This document shows positions 10,490 to 20,779 of a DNA stretch of 64,000 nt, piece after piece. How positions within the stretch are numbered: the stretch's first letter is position 1; the number at the start of each line of letters is the position of its first letter. The notes below the pieces were generated by a model. That model was not told the origin of the DNA and made no database searches. It saw only the letters and a program-made list of their open reading frames with translations. This DNA comes from an uncultured Phycisphaerales bacterium (GTDB lineage: Bacteria; Planctomycetota; Phycisphaerae; Tepidisphaerales; Tepidisphaeraceae). The DNA lies in assembly GCA_963758525.1 (NCBI GenBank), contig CAVWVQ010000003.1, forward strand, positions 2,656,001 to 2,720,000, written 5' to 3'. The position numbers and the translations under genes are program-made.

Positions 10490-12610
10490 TCATTTTGGCC
10501 CGGGCTTTAGCTTTGGAACAAGCCCTAACTCCTTCATATCGTCAACAGTTTCGGGGATCCATTTCAAGGCGGTCTTCGGATTGCGGCGGACTTTATAGGG
10601 ATCTTCGGCAAAGTGTTTGGCGACCTTCGCAGCGATTTCTTCCGCCGTGCCACCTTCGAGCAAGCACTCCCACAAACAGCGGTCATAAGGATCGCGCGGG
10701 TACTTTACATGAGATCCGCCGGCACTGGCGGTGGAAGGCGCGGGCGGAAGGCCGGCGGCTTCATTGAGTCGGTCGGGGTTCCAGACCTGGTTCGCGATTG
10801 CGACGTATAGTTGCTGCCGTGCTTCAATGTCGGCTTTCTTGAACTCCTTGTGCCCGACAAACGGAAGGCCCGCTTGTTTTAGCTTTTTGAGTGGCGGATT
10901 GCGGTCGTACGCATCCGGATTGAGGGATTGCGCCAGCAGATTCTGTTCCAGGTATTTCGGCAATTTCTTGGCATATGACCAGTCATTGTAGCTAGCGTTG
11001 AAAGTTTTCGGCAGCAGCAGAAGCCCCCCGAGGCGATTGCGATATTCGTCGAAATCCGTTTTGTGTGTAAACTCTTCCTTGTGCTGATCCCAATGGTCGG
11101 CCCAGATGTGCTCCACCTCGTAGCCGTTCTTGCGACCTTCGGACATGAATTCTTCAAAATGCGACGCCAGACCGCCGTGCACTTCGATGAAATCTGTCAT
11201 GCGGGCCAATAGCCATTTGATCGAATAACGATTCATCTGGGTCAGCCCGAACGTAGGACGGGTGTCAAAAGTTTCTTCCTCGTCGTCCAGGCGCTTGCGC
11301 AGGATCGTCACGAGCTGCTCCGGGGACTTTCCCCGAATGTCACGCATGATGAGAAACATGGCGTATTGCATCGTCGAGTAGGCGATCGAGCGGTAGTTCC
11401 AAATCCGGCGTGCGATAAGAATGTCCACAAAAGACGCGACGATTTCTATTTTCTGTAGCCGCGTTGCCTCATCATCGGCGATCTTTAACGGGGCGAGGAG
11501 CAGCGGATATTGAAGGGTAAAATCGAGCCACGAGTTTGCGTAGACGATTTCAAAGCCCTTAACGGGCTTGAGGGAAGCGCGGGAAAGCAGCTCATACTGG
11601 CCGGAGTAGAATTTGAAGTCTTGTTCGACAAACCGGACGTAATCGGCGGACTTTGCGAGCCCCAGTCGCTCTTCGTTCTCCTTCTTCCGCACCCAGCGAT
11701 GGAACTCCGTGCCCAGACGGTCAAAATCACCGGGCTGCGCGCCTTTCTTGCGTTCCCGGATTGAATCCGCGTATTGGCTGCGCAGCCACGCTTTGACCGC
11801 ATCCGTCGGTTCTTCCTTATCGATTTCGAGAAGGCGATTGGTGGTCTGCTTCCAAATGGCGTTGACGCGATCGCGCTCGCCCTCGTCGGTGACGTTGGCA
11901 ATGAGGTAGCTCTTGAGCATGTCCAGCGGTGCCAGCGAGAGGCCGCGGTCATTCATGGTCTCAAAAATTGTATAGGCATCATCGTCGGAGTAAGCCGTGA
12001 TCTCGACGACGTGAACATTGGTGAGCAGCCAGTCCAAGAAGAAAGGCAGCGCCTGATCGTCGATGTCGGGTGGAAAATCTTCTGCGATCTCCTGATAGCG
12101 GGCGACCATGTTGCGTACCGCCTCCGGATCTTTGACCGTAGGGCTGTAATGCTTGCCGGCGTAGAGAGCGTCGAGGCATGGAGTGCGTTCGGGCACGTCG
12201 ATATTAAAAGATTTCTTACCGTACGTGACGGAGAGAATCAGATGATTCACAGGAACCCGTCGCTCTTCCGGTAGACCACGCTGCCGATGGTGCAAGTAAA
12301 TTAGGAACAAAGTCAATGTGGTGAGGCGCTGCTGGCCGTCGATGATGAAGCTCTGACCCTTCTTCTGGCTGAGGATAATTGAGCCGAGAAAGTAGTGGCC
12401 ATATTTCGCGACGGCGTCACGTTCCTGGTCTGGCTCGTAATGTTCCAGAAATTTCCTGCACAAGTCGTCAATCAGTTCGACGAGCTGCTTTGTCTGCCAC
12501 TTGTATTCACGCTGGTACGGGTCAATGGCGTAACGACGACTGAAAAACAATTCCCCGATGGTGCGGCCTTTGCCATCAATATCTTGGCGTTGAACTTCGG
12601 ACGTGCTCAT
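10490..12610 (-). CDS. gmrSD: GmrSD-family (DUF262 + DUF1524/HNH) modification-dependent restriction endonuclease
   Basis: YQREYKW, IIDGQQRLTT and FETMNDRG (DUF262). EVEHIW and NRLGGLLLLPKTFNAS (DUF1524). Confidence 0.88.
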   Translation of the reverse strand: MSTSEVQRQDIDGKGRTIGELFFSRRYAIDPYQREYKWQTKQLVELIDDLCRKFLEHYEPDQERDAVAKYGHYFLGSIILSQKKGQSFIIDGQQRLTTLTLFLIYLHHRQRGLPEERRVPVNHLILSVTYGKKSFNIDVPERTPCLDALYAGKHYSPTVKDPEAVRNMVARYQEIAEDFPPDIDDQALPFFLDWLLTNVHVVEITAYSDDDAYTIFETMNDRGLSLAPLDMLKSYLIANVTDEGERDRVNAIWKQTTNRLLEIDKEEPTDAVKAWLRSQYADSIRERKKGAQPGDFDRLGTEFHRWVRKKENEERLGLAKSADYVRFVEQDFKFYSGQYELLSRASLKPVKGFEIVYANSWLDFTLQYPLLLAPLKIADDEATRLQKIEIVASFVDILIARRIWNYRSIAYSTMQYAMFLIMRDIRGKSPEQLVTILRKRLDDEEETFDTRPTFGLTQMNRYSIKWLLARMTDFIEVHGGLASHFEEFMSEGRKNGYEVEHIWADHWDQHKEEFTHKTDFDEYRNRLGGLLLLPKTFNASYNDWSYAKKLPKYLEQNLLAQSLNPDAYDRNPPLKKLKQAGLPFVGHKEFKKADIEARQQLYVAIANQVWNPDRLNEAAGLPPAPSTASAGGSHVKYPRDPYDRCLWECLLEGGTAEEIAAKVAKHFAEDPYKVRRNPKTALKWIPETVDDMKELGLVPKLKPGPK

Positions 12611-12689
12611 GATTTCCCTTTCAGCAGTTCATCAAGCAGACCATCTGCTTCCTTTTCCAGGGCGAGAATGTCGGCACGGAGGACGTCTA

Positions 12690-13609
12690 GGCTCTGTCTG
12701 ACGGATCGAATGTTCGGCGCTCGTTAGGTATTGCGCGTTCTTCTATGATCGTCATGATGTTCTCCACATGGAGGACAGATGGCGCACTACGAACTCACGG
12801 ATGATCACTGGAACCTGATCAAGGCACTTTTCCCCGTACAAAAACGTGGCGGACGATGGAACGACCACCGCATCACGCTCAATGGGATGCTCTGGATTCT
12901 TCGCTCCGGAGCTCCATGGCGAGACATGCCCGAACGCTACGGGAAATGGAAGAGCGTCTATGATCGCTTCAACCGCTGGCGGCGCGAAGGCTTCTTCGAT
13001 CGCATCCTCAAAGCACTGCGGATTCGACTCAACAAGGAGGGCAAGATCGATTGGGATCTCTGGCTCGTCGACGGCTCCAATGTGCGTGCTTCTCGCGCTG
13101 CCGCCGGGCGCGCAAAGGGGGCGCGGCCTCGACTTCGAACCGGCCGACCACGCGCTGGGCCGCTCGCGCGGCGGATGGGGATCAAAGTTCCACGTGGTTA
13201 CTGACGGAAAGGGCCTTGTGCTCGCCGTCACCGTTACCGCGGGGCAAACGCACGAATCCACGCAGCTCCACAAGGTGATGCACGCGGTGCAGCACCCCTG
13301 CACATCGGCTGGCCGGGGAAGATCGCGGGCGACAAAGGGTACAGCTACGAAACCGTTCGCCAGTTCCTGGCCGATTGCGGGATCGAAGCCGTCATCCCGC
13401 GCAAATCCAATCAGCCACGACCAAAGGGCGAGCGATTCGATAAAAGCAGCTACCGCAAACGAAGCCGCATCGAGTGTGCTATCGGATGGCTCAAGGAATG
13501 TCGTCGGCTGGGAACACGCTATGAGAAGCTGGCTCTTAACTTCTTGAGCTTCGCCAAACTCGCTATCATGCTGAAATACCTGAGGGTTCTCGATCCGTCA
13601 GACAGAGCC
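12690..13609 (+). mobile_element. IS5-family insertion sequence (IS427-like), 920 bp
   Basis: Perfect 20-bp terminal inverted repeats GGCTCTGTCTGACGGATCGA (12690-12709 / 13590-13609). TA target duplication (12688-12689 / 13610-13611). Confidence 0.92.
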
Positions 13610-13612
13610 TAA
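12779..13612 (+). pseudogene. IS5-family transposase, frameshifted near 13115 and 13300
   Basis: LRSGAPWRDMPERYGKW; VDGS; LGRSRGGWGSKFH (second frame); GDKGYS..YRKRSRIECAIGWLKECRRLGTRYEK (back in the first frame). Confidence 0.85.
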
Positions 13613-14168
13613 CGACCACAGAGGCTGATAGAATACGGCGAACATTGTCAGCCCCATGCGCCCGCGGTTGGATCAATCATAACCGTTTCATACCGCTTGT
13701 CGTCCTGAAGATGGCACTTGCTGTGCTGAACATCTGAAAGCAGCCGGAACAAGTCGCCGTCTGTGTCTTCGGCGATCCATTCCGCAAGAGACAACGCCTG
13801 CTGGGCCGACAGCCGTGTGCCATCGATGATGAACGTCAAGCGGATGCCGTATTCGTCGCAGTCGAACGGTTCAGGATCAGGACTCACGATGGGGATGAGC
13901 GACGACCCCACTCGTGTGGCAAATTCCCGTCCGCAGTTGCCAAGCACCCGAAGAAAGGGTTGCAGACCATCAGGTCGGTTCAAAGTGTCTCCTTTCGTAT
14001 TGGCATACAACCGGGGCACGATCACGCGGCTCCCCATCCGCCAGCTTGATGACCAGCGGTATGCCTGCTGGCACTGACAGCGTGCAGTCAGTAGTCGCAA
14101 ATAAATTCGGCTGGTGGCATGTTGGCGGTTAGACTGCCGGCGGCTTCACGACTGAATGGGGACTTCGC

Positions 14169-14771
14169 ATGGGTACTGGATCTGTCGAGGGAGGTGTGAT
14201 GACTAACGAACTGCCATCCGGCTGCATAACGCTCTCTGAAGCAGCCGTGCGATTCGGCCTGTCGACTGACGCGTTATCGATGCTGCTGGTTAAAGCTCGG
14301 GTTGAAGCTGAGATCTACGGCGGAGTCCGTATCCTGTCGCGCGATGCATTGACCCGATTGGAAAATTTCTTGTCGGCACTTCCGCTGGTGCACGTCAGCC
14401 AGCGGCACAAAAAGTTCCGTAAACATGTGAAGCAGGTAAAATCTGCGAGCCCGCGGACGTTCACGGCGATAGAAAAGGCTGCTGATAAACTTGACCCTAG
14501 AGCCACCGATCAGGCGATCCGATCACTCCAAGAAAGATTTTCCACAGACAACTCCGTCACGCAGCCCGGGCCGGGTCTTGCCGAAATCGAGAAGCAACGG
14601 CGTTTACGGGAGAAGCAGCAGCAGCGGCTTGCCAAGCGGCAGGCTACAGAGCATCAGCGCGCGGTGGAGCGGCGGCTTGCGGAACAGAGCATTGCGCTGC
14701 AACAGCTTTTGGCGAAGCGAACGCCGTCGACCTTCTTTGGAAGTACAGGGCCGGACTACCCGGATTCTTGA
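14169..14771 (+). CDS. Hypothetical protein with possible N-terminal HTH and C-terminal coiled coil
   Basis: ITLSEAAVRFGLSTDAL is excisionase/MerR-like. GGAGG RBS before the internal ATG at 14199. Confidence 0.4.
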   Translation: MGTGSVEGGVMTNELPSGCITLSEAAVRFGLSTDALSMLLVKARVEAEIYGGVRILSRDALTRLENFLSALPLVHVSQRHKKFRKHVKQVKSASPRTFTAIEKAADKLDPRATDQAIRSLQERFSTDNSVTQPGPGLAEIEKQRRLREKQQQRLAKRQATEHQRAVERRLAEQSIALQQLLAKRTPSTFFGSTGPDYPDS

Positions 14772-14786
14772 CGCGACAACGGATCT

Positions 14787-15323
14787 TTACCGCAGCGTCG
14801 GCCCGATACACTCGGCCGCCTCGGCACCGCTTAGAGTCTTCCGCACGGCCAGCAATTCCGCAAGCCGTTGAATCTTGTCGCGGTGGCGACGGACCAAGCG
14901 GCGGGCCTCAATCCTCAGTCGGGCGAGGTAGGCTTGGTGGATGTCGTCGCCCATGTACGATGTCCCGGAAGGATAAACGCCGTACTCTCGCGAAAGCCAG
15001 AAAGCGTTCTGGTTGTCCGCTCCCCCGTTGCTTTCCGGCGCATCGGGATCAATCAGCCACTCGGCTTCCATGCCCGCGTAACTGCCGATGATCGCCATCC
15101 GGGCAATCGCTCGCCGCTCGCGTTTGGTGTGTGCAATATACCCCAGCGGGGGCGGCGATGTGCAGCAGCCATTGGCGTCGTCGTGCGGTACGCAGGTGAC
15201 GGAATTGACCGCAAGGCCTTGGACAAGGTCGGCAACTGCATGTCCGGCTTCGTGCCAGCATGTGGCCATTTGCTGCGCTTCGGTGCGGCGGTTCTTTTTT
15301 GGGCCTGTTTTCTTCATTTTCAT
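14787..15323 (-). CDS. Small M41-like (FtsH protease domain-like) zinc metallopeptidase
   Basis: TCWHEAGHAVA, YAGMEAE, GGAD, IQRLAELL..RKTLSG. Start codon uncertain. Confidence 0.65.
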   Translation of the reverse strand: MKMKKTGPKKNRRTEAQQMATCWHEAGHAVADLVQGLAVNSVTCVPHDDANGCCTSPPPLGYIAHTKRERRAIARMAIIGSYAGMEAEWLIDPDAPESNGGADNQNAFWLSREYGVYPSGTSYMGDDIHQAYLARLRIEARRLVRRHRDKIQRLAELLAVRKTLSGAEAAECIGPTLR

Positions 15324-15529
15324 GGCCTTCCTTTTGCGCGCTTCGGTGTCGCCCCAGCAGCAATAACTATACGACATCTCCGGGTTGGGCGACGTCAGGC
15401 TGGAACGCGCATTCGCGATGTGCTCGACGCCGATGACCTCACCACGTCAGTCATTTCGAATAAATTCGGCCGGGAGCGCCTCGATGGTTATACTTACGAT
15501 GGCAACACAGCTTTTGACGGGGAGTTCGG

Positions 15530-16237
15530 ATGGGGAACGGATCAATCACTCACTCAGCGACGGCGGCACCGCCTCTACCTGACCTGACGCCGGCGGCCAT
15601 GAAGATCCGCTTCAAAGACAAATGCACCGCCATCGGCACCCGGCATCGCAACTGGCAGGTTCGCGTCCACCGCTCTCTTTCCTGGCTGAAGCGGGCAGAC
15701 CAGTTCACCGACGAACAATCGGAAGCCCATTTCCTGTTCCTGTGGATCGCCCTGAACAGTCTCTACAGCGGATGGGATCCTGCCACGAACGCGCCGGGTT
15801 TCGACACGCAGGCGCGCGATGAATTTCTCCGTCGGGCGTGCGAGCGGGACAAGCCGCTGCTGGCTCAGATGCTCAAGGATTGCCGTGGGCTGGTGAAGAA
15901 ACTGCTGGAGAACCCGTTTCTGGCGGCGAGTTTCTGGAAACAACCAGACCATCCCCAGGCCAAGACGTGGGCTACGGCGGATGCTGGGTATCTGGACCGG
16001 CACCTGAAGAACGGCGAAATCAGCATCGTGCTGATCCAGGTGATGCACCGGCTGTTCATCTTCCGTGGCCAGCTTGTTCACGGGGCCAGCAGCGGGGGCA
16101 GTCGGCTGAACCGCGGCTCAATGAAGTATTGCCTGTGGGCGCTGCAGAAGTTCGTGCCGCTGCTGGTGCATGTGGTGATCGAGCACGGCTGTCACGATGA
16201 GTGGCCAGATTTGTGCTATCCACCGTTGTCGGGATGA
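15530..16237 (+). CDS. HEPN-domain protein (putative RNase toxin/defence effector)
   Basis: RVHRSLSWL..FLFLWIALNSLY and the Rx4H motif RGQLVHG. Start uncertain (ATG 15599 is an alternative). Confidence 0.7.
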   Translation: MGNGSITHSATAAPPLPDLTPAAMKIRFKDKCTAIGTRHRNWQVRVHRSLSWLKRADQFTDEQSEAHFLFLWIALNSLYSGWDPATNAPGFDTQARDEFLRRACERDKPLLAQMLKDCRGLVKKLLENPFLAASFWKQPDHPQAKTWATADAGYLDRHLKNGEISIVLIQVMHRLFIFRGQLVHGASSGGSRLNRGSMKYCLWALQKFVPLLVHVVIEHGCHDEWPDLCYPPLSG

Positions 16238-16893
16238 ACCGCAACTGAATCGGGACTTCGTGATCGCGGATCCGTCAGACAGTTTTGACGTTTGAGGCAC
16301 GGACACTTCAGCCGGACCTCTTTCAACGTCTGAGCAGTCAGACCGTCTGGTAATGATGTCTGTTTTGACGATCCGCCGTTCGACTGCGATGATTCGAGGC
16401 GACAAAGCGAAGGAAGAGAAATGAAAACAGTAGAGGCGGAGGAGATGCCGTTGGGCCGGCGAACCCCCCTGGATGACGACGACGTGAGTTCTTCCAGATT
16501 CAAGAGTAGCAAGTGACTCGATTGAAGATCCAAGCAGGTAAGCTATGCCAAAAGGTGAACTCAAGCGACTCATTATAGAATATGACGACGTCTCGCGTGA
16601 CTTGCGGAATTATCAGAGTGCTGCCGTTCGGGCGATGAACGGCATCGACCTCACTCAACAACAGATTACCGAAATGCTGGCGAAAAAGGCTGCAGCTTGC
16701 CGTAGACATTCGTGCTGCGGTTGCTTCACAGCCTTCTTCAGTCGAAGTCCTTCTCGATTGGATTCTTCGCTCAAACTAGCCGCTATCCGTCTCGACAATT
16801 TCGTCCGCAAAAAGAACTTGTGAAAGAGAAGGCACCAGGCGATTGATCGCCTTGTCGAGCGGATGACGCACGAGGCAATGCAAGCTGGAGTGT

Positions 16894-17493
16894 GTGATCA
16901 TGGGATCATTTTCAACAAGATTTCATGATGCTGTGGTGTATGCGGTCGAGCTGCATGCGAGCCAGCTCCGCAAATCAACCGACATACCGTACGTCTCCCA
17001 CCTGTTTGGCGTGGCAGGCCTGGCGATGGAGTACGGGGCGACGGAGGACGAAGCGATCGGAGCATTGCTCCACGACGCAGTGGAAGATCAGGGCGGCAAG
17101 CCGACCCTCGAAGAGATTCGCCGACGGTTTGGCGATGGCGTCGCCGCGATCGTCCAGGGCTGCACCGACACGGATGTCCAGCCGAAGCCGCCGTGGCGCG
17201 CCCGCAAGGAGGCATACATCGCCCACGTCCGCCACGCCAGCCCGTCGGTTTGCCTGGTTTCGGCGTGCGACAAGCTGCACAACGCCCGCTGCATCTTGAG
17301 TGACGTCCGTTTCGAGGGCGATGCGGCATACAGCAAGTTCACCGGAGGGAAGGACGGCACGTTGTGGTACTACCGCTCGCTGGCAGATGGATTCGTCGGC
17401 AAGATTCCGATGCGTCTCGCAGACGAGCTGGAACGTGTCGTAGCGGAGCTTGAGCGCCTGGCGTCGAAGAATCGGACGGAACTGATCGGGTAA
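16894..17493 (+). CDS. HD-domain hydrolase of the RelA/SpoT hydrolase (Mesh1 / small alarmone hydrolase) type
   Basis: H.Q.RK..PY..H, LLHDAVED, CDKLHNAR. Confidence 0.85.
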   Translation: MIMGSFSTRFHDAVVYAVELHASQLRKSTDIPYVSHLFGVAGLAMEYGATEDEAIGALLHDAVEDQGGKPTLEEIRRRFGDGVAAIVQGCTDTDVQPKPPWRARKEAYIAHVRHASPSVCLVSACDKLHNARCILSDVRFEGDAAYSKFTGGKDGTLWYYRSLADGFVGKIPMRLADELERVVAELERLASKNRTELIG

Positions 17494-17535
17494 AGGCTAT
17501 CGTGGACAAAGCGAGATGGCTGCGGTCCGCTGAAA

Positions 17536-18465
17536 TTGCGTGACCCTTTCGTTAGACCTCGGGCCGGGACCATTGTAACGGTCGAAGGGCAGGGCGAGCA
17601 CGTTGCAGGAAATAATTGGCTCGATGGTGTGAACGTGGGACGACAAAAAGAACACTCCGTGCTTGACGAGGTGTTCGAACGGCTGAAGGTGACCCCGATC
17701 TGGTTCGGACCTGTACTTGCGCTCGTAGTATTCGTCTTTTTCCGATTCGCGATCCCACTGCTCATGCCATCAGCAAAGCCGGGATTCTCGGTTTCTTCGC
17801 TATTACTTCAGATGCTGCCGCTGCTTTCCTGGCTGGCCGGTGGCGCTCTATTGCTGGCGTGGTTCATGGCTGAACTCTGGAAGCTATTCAACCGTCGTCT
17901 TCTCGACGGCCAAACAGGACTCGCAAGCATTCGAGATGTCTCATGGCAGGAGTTCGAGCGTCTGGTCAGTGAAGGCTATCGACGCATGGGCTATGTAGCG
18001 GAGGTCGTCGGAAGCGCATCGGGCGATGGTGGTGTAGACATCAGACTCACCGGGTTCGGCGAGAAGGTACTTGTTCAATGCAAGCAGTGGCGAGCGTATA
18101 CCGTCGGCGTCACGACTGTTCGGGAGTTGCTCGGCGTGGTCGTCAGCCAGAGGGCAGATAAGGGCATTCTGGTAACTTCTGGAAGGTTCACGCAGCAGGC
18201 CAAGCTGTTCGCCGCCACGAATCCTGCCATTGAGTTAGTAGATGGTCCGGCACTGTTCGAGCTGATTCGTGCGGTACAGAAGAGTTCCGACAAGCGGAAT
18301 GCGTTTCCCGGTCAACCGACCATTCCGGTGGCACATTCACCAGAATGTCCCTCCTGTCGTTCGGAGATGGTCCTACGCATCGCACGCAAGGGAGCTAATC
18401 CCGGCTCCCGATTTTGGGGCTGCCCGAACTACCCTCGCTGCCGGGGAACCAGACCTGCCATTTGA
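17536..18465 (+). CDS. Membrane-anchored Mrr-family restriction endonuclease with a topoisomerase-type C4 zinc finger
   Basis: Two TM segments; WQEFERLV, GDGGVDI, VQCKQW, LVTSGRFT; CPSC..FWGCPNYPRC. True start probably near GTG 17635. Confidence 0.85.
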   Translation: MRDPFVRPRAGTIVTVEGQGEHVAGNNWLDGVNVGRQKEHSVLDEVFERLKVTPIWFGPVLALVVFVFFRFAIPLLMPSAKPGFSVSSLLLQMLPLLSWLAGGALLLAWFMAELWKLFNRRLLDGQTGLASIRDVSWQEFERLVSEGYRRMGYVAEVVGSASGDGGVDIRLTGFGEKVLVQCKQWRAYTVGVTTVRELLGVVVSQRADKGILVTSGRFTQQAKLFAATNPAIELVDGPALFELIRAVQKSSDKRNAFPGQPTIPVAHSPECPSCRSEMVLRIARKGANPGSRFWGCPNYPRCRGTRPAI

Positions 18466-18785
18466 CCAGCTCAAGCGCGCCGAAGGCATCCTTCTGGCGA
18501 AATGTACATCGGGTTCGCCAGTTTACGGAACGTCGTAATCAACTTGCCGCGACAGTGAGCGAATGGTTTGGAGCAATCGGCCAGGCGTAAGATCGATGCA
18601 CTTGTGGTGAGTATCCCGAGCACCTCCTTGCGAATGAAGTGACCGAGCGGGTATGGTTACGAATTCACGGTCCTGGGCGGCTGCACGATATTGCCGTGAG
18701 GGGTGGGCGTATCCCTTCCTCTTATTCGCGCGATTCTATGGAGCTGAGTCATCAGGGATCGTCTCTCAGGAAAGGGAACGGCGCT

Positions 18786-20624
18786 ATGTCTGGAAATCGG
18801 CCAAACGTTTCGGGCAATCGATCTGCGTCACTACCCTTTTCTTGACGTCGTCAGCTGAAGCCATTCTTCATTGTCGAACGACTGGAGGATCGAACGCTTC
18901 TAAGCGGAATTACGACTCTGGCGTCGTTCAACGGTACCAACGGCAGCAATCCTGTCGCTGGCTTGGCACTTGACAGCAGCGGGAACCTCTTCGGTACAGC
19001 CAATTCCGGCGGTGCGAATTCCCAAGGCACCGTGTTCGAACTCGCCAACGGTAGCAAGTCGATTACAACCGTCGCTCCGCTCAATGGTAGCGGTGCGGCA
19101 AGTATTCAGGACGGGGTAGTGATGGACGGCAGCGGTAATCTGTTCGGTACCAGTTGGGGCGGAGGTGTGGATGGGGAGGGGACAGTGTTTGAAATCGTCA
19201 AAGGCTCTAACACGCTTACTGTGCTGGCTTCTTTTGATGGCGGCAACGGCGCTCATCCATACGGCAGCTTGATTTTGGATCGAAGCGGAAATCTTTTCGG
19301 TGCCACATCCGTGGGGGGTGATAGCAACAACGGCACGATATTCCAGATTGCGAGCGGCAGTAACACGATCACCCCACTTGCTTCATTAAATGGTGCAAAC
19401 GGAAGCTACACCGCGGCTTCATTGGTGATGGACAGTACCGGGAACCTTTACGGTGTGAGCACAGGCGGCGGCGCTAATACCAACGGAAGTGTCTTTGAAC
19501 TCGGCAACGGCGCAAACACGATCACGACGTTGGCGTCCTTTGACGGTAGTAACGGCAGTTATCCCAATGGTGCCCTGGTTTTGGACAGCGAGGGGAACTT
19601 ATACGGCACCACCGAAATTGGTGGGGATAACGGTAACGGCACAGTGTTTGAAATCGCCAAGGGTAGTAACGCGATCAGAACGTTGGCTTCGTTCAATGGG
19701 AACAACGGCGCAAATCCTTATGCCGGTATGGCATTCGATGCAGCCGGCAACCTCTTCGGGACTGCTTGGGCCGGTGGCGATAACGGTGATGGCACGGTGT
19801 TTGAGGTCGTCAAAGGAAGCAGCACCATCGCGACCCTGGCATCGTTTAGCGGTAGCGATGGGAGCAATCCGGTTGGGGGAGTGGTCATAGACAGTTCGGG
19901 AAATCTATACGGCACTACCAGCAAGGGCGGTGCGAATGGCGTGGGGAGCGTCTTCGAGTATTCCCCAACGGCATCGTCTGACTCTCCGGGCGTCACTGGC
20001 GCACAACTTGTCAAAATAATGCCAGTACTTGGGATCACGATGGCTACGCAGCTTGCACCTGCTCTTAACGCTGCCTTGGCGGAATTTGGGATAAACACCA
20101 AGGTGCGTGAGGCATGTTTTCTTTCTCAGATAGCGGCTGAATCGATTCAGCTTACCGATTGGGATGAGCAGATAAGCGCTATAAGTGGACCAAATTATAT
20201 CAATTACACGACGTTCAGCCCGATTAAAAAAGATGTTGTCAGAGCAAAGTCGTTTGGAATGACGCTCGCCAACGACGGTCTGCTCTATCATGGCCGAGGC
20301 CCTATCCAACTGACTTGGCTTACCACTTACACCCAGGCGAGCCGGTATCTCTTTCCAGCAGATCCGCTGCTCCTTGTGAATTCACCGACGCTAGTCAGCG
20401 ACACTACCCAGCCACAATATGGATTTCGAACTGCGGGTTGGTTTTGGACCAGGGCGAAATCGAAAAATCTGAATATCATCGCGGACACGCTAAATCCCGC
20501 AAAGAGCGCATCGGTTCAACAAGTGAATAAGCAGCTCACGAAGATCGTAACGGGCGGCTTAAATGCGACTACTGTGACTACGCGGCTGAAATTTCTAAAA
20601 CGAGCACTTGCCGATCTCTCCTGA
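18786..20624 (+). CDS. Secreted protein with a LEPRxLL-type motif, GloVer (Gloeo/Verruco) tandem repeats and a C-terminal GH19 chitinase/lysozyme domain; in-frame TGA at 18843-18845
   Basis: In frame upstream of ORF 18963 is VERLEDRTLLS. About seven repeats of DSSGNL(F/Y)GT..GG..GTVFE follow. GH19 motifs: FLSQIAAES, YHGRGPIQLT, TAGWFW, TKIVTGG. Confidence 0.8.
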
Positions 20625-20779
20625 GATTTCCGTATGCGGTAGATCTCTGCTCTCCGCACTAGCAAGACCGATCTGCCCGCAGGGAAGGCCGCGTTGCAGG
20701 ATTTGATCGGCAACCTGGAGCAGGCGACGCAGCAATAGGGGGGTTACATAAAAGAGCTGGTCCTGATACACCCCGCGGA

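Larger units (their letters stand above)
12607..13645 (-). pseudogene. Relic C-terminus of a second type I HsdM, interrupted by IS5
   Basis: Removing 12690-13609 plus one TA restores FYQPLWSLDVLRADILALEKEADGLLDELLKGKS*, a typical HsdM C-terminal helix. Its stop overlaps the gmrSD start. Confidence 0.6.

Noticed and set aside
13648..14100. 150-aa minus-strand ORF and other short ORFs (9647, 16545, 62774, 63539)
   Set aside because: No motifs or convincing starts. Most remaining ORF-track entries are GC-rich shadow frames of called genes.
16269..16282. 14-bp match (GATCCGTCAGACAG) to the IS5 terminal repeat
   Set aside because: It lacks the terminal bases, a partner repeat and any transposase remnant, so it cannot be distinguished from chance.
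1711..18845. Stop-codon reassignment explaining the in-frame TAG (1711) and TGA (18843)
   Set aside because: They are different codons, and both TAG and TGA terminate many intact genes in this window.
18900..19960. CRISPR-like or DNA-level tandem array
   Set aside because: The periodicity comes from protein repeats with degenerate codons. No identical repeats with unique spacers were seen anywhere in the window.
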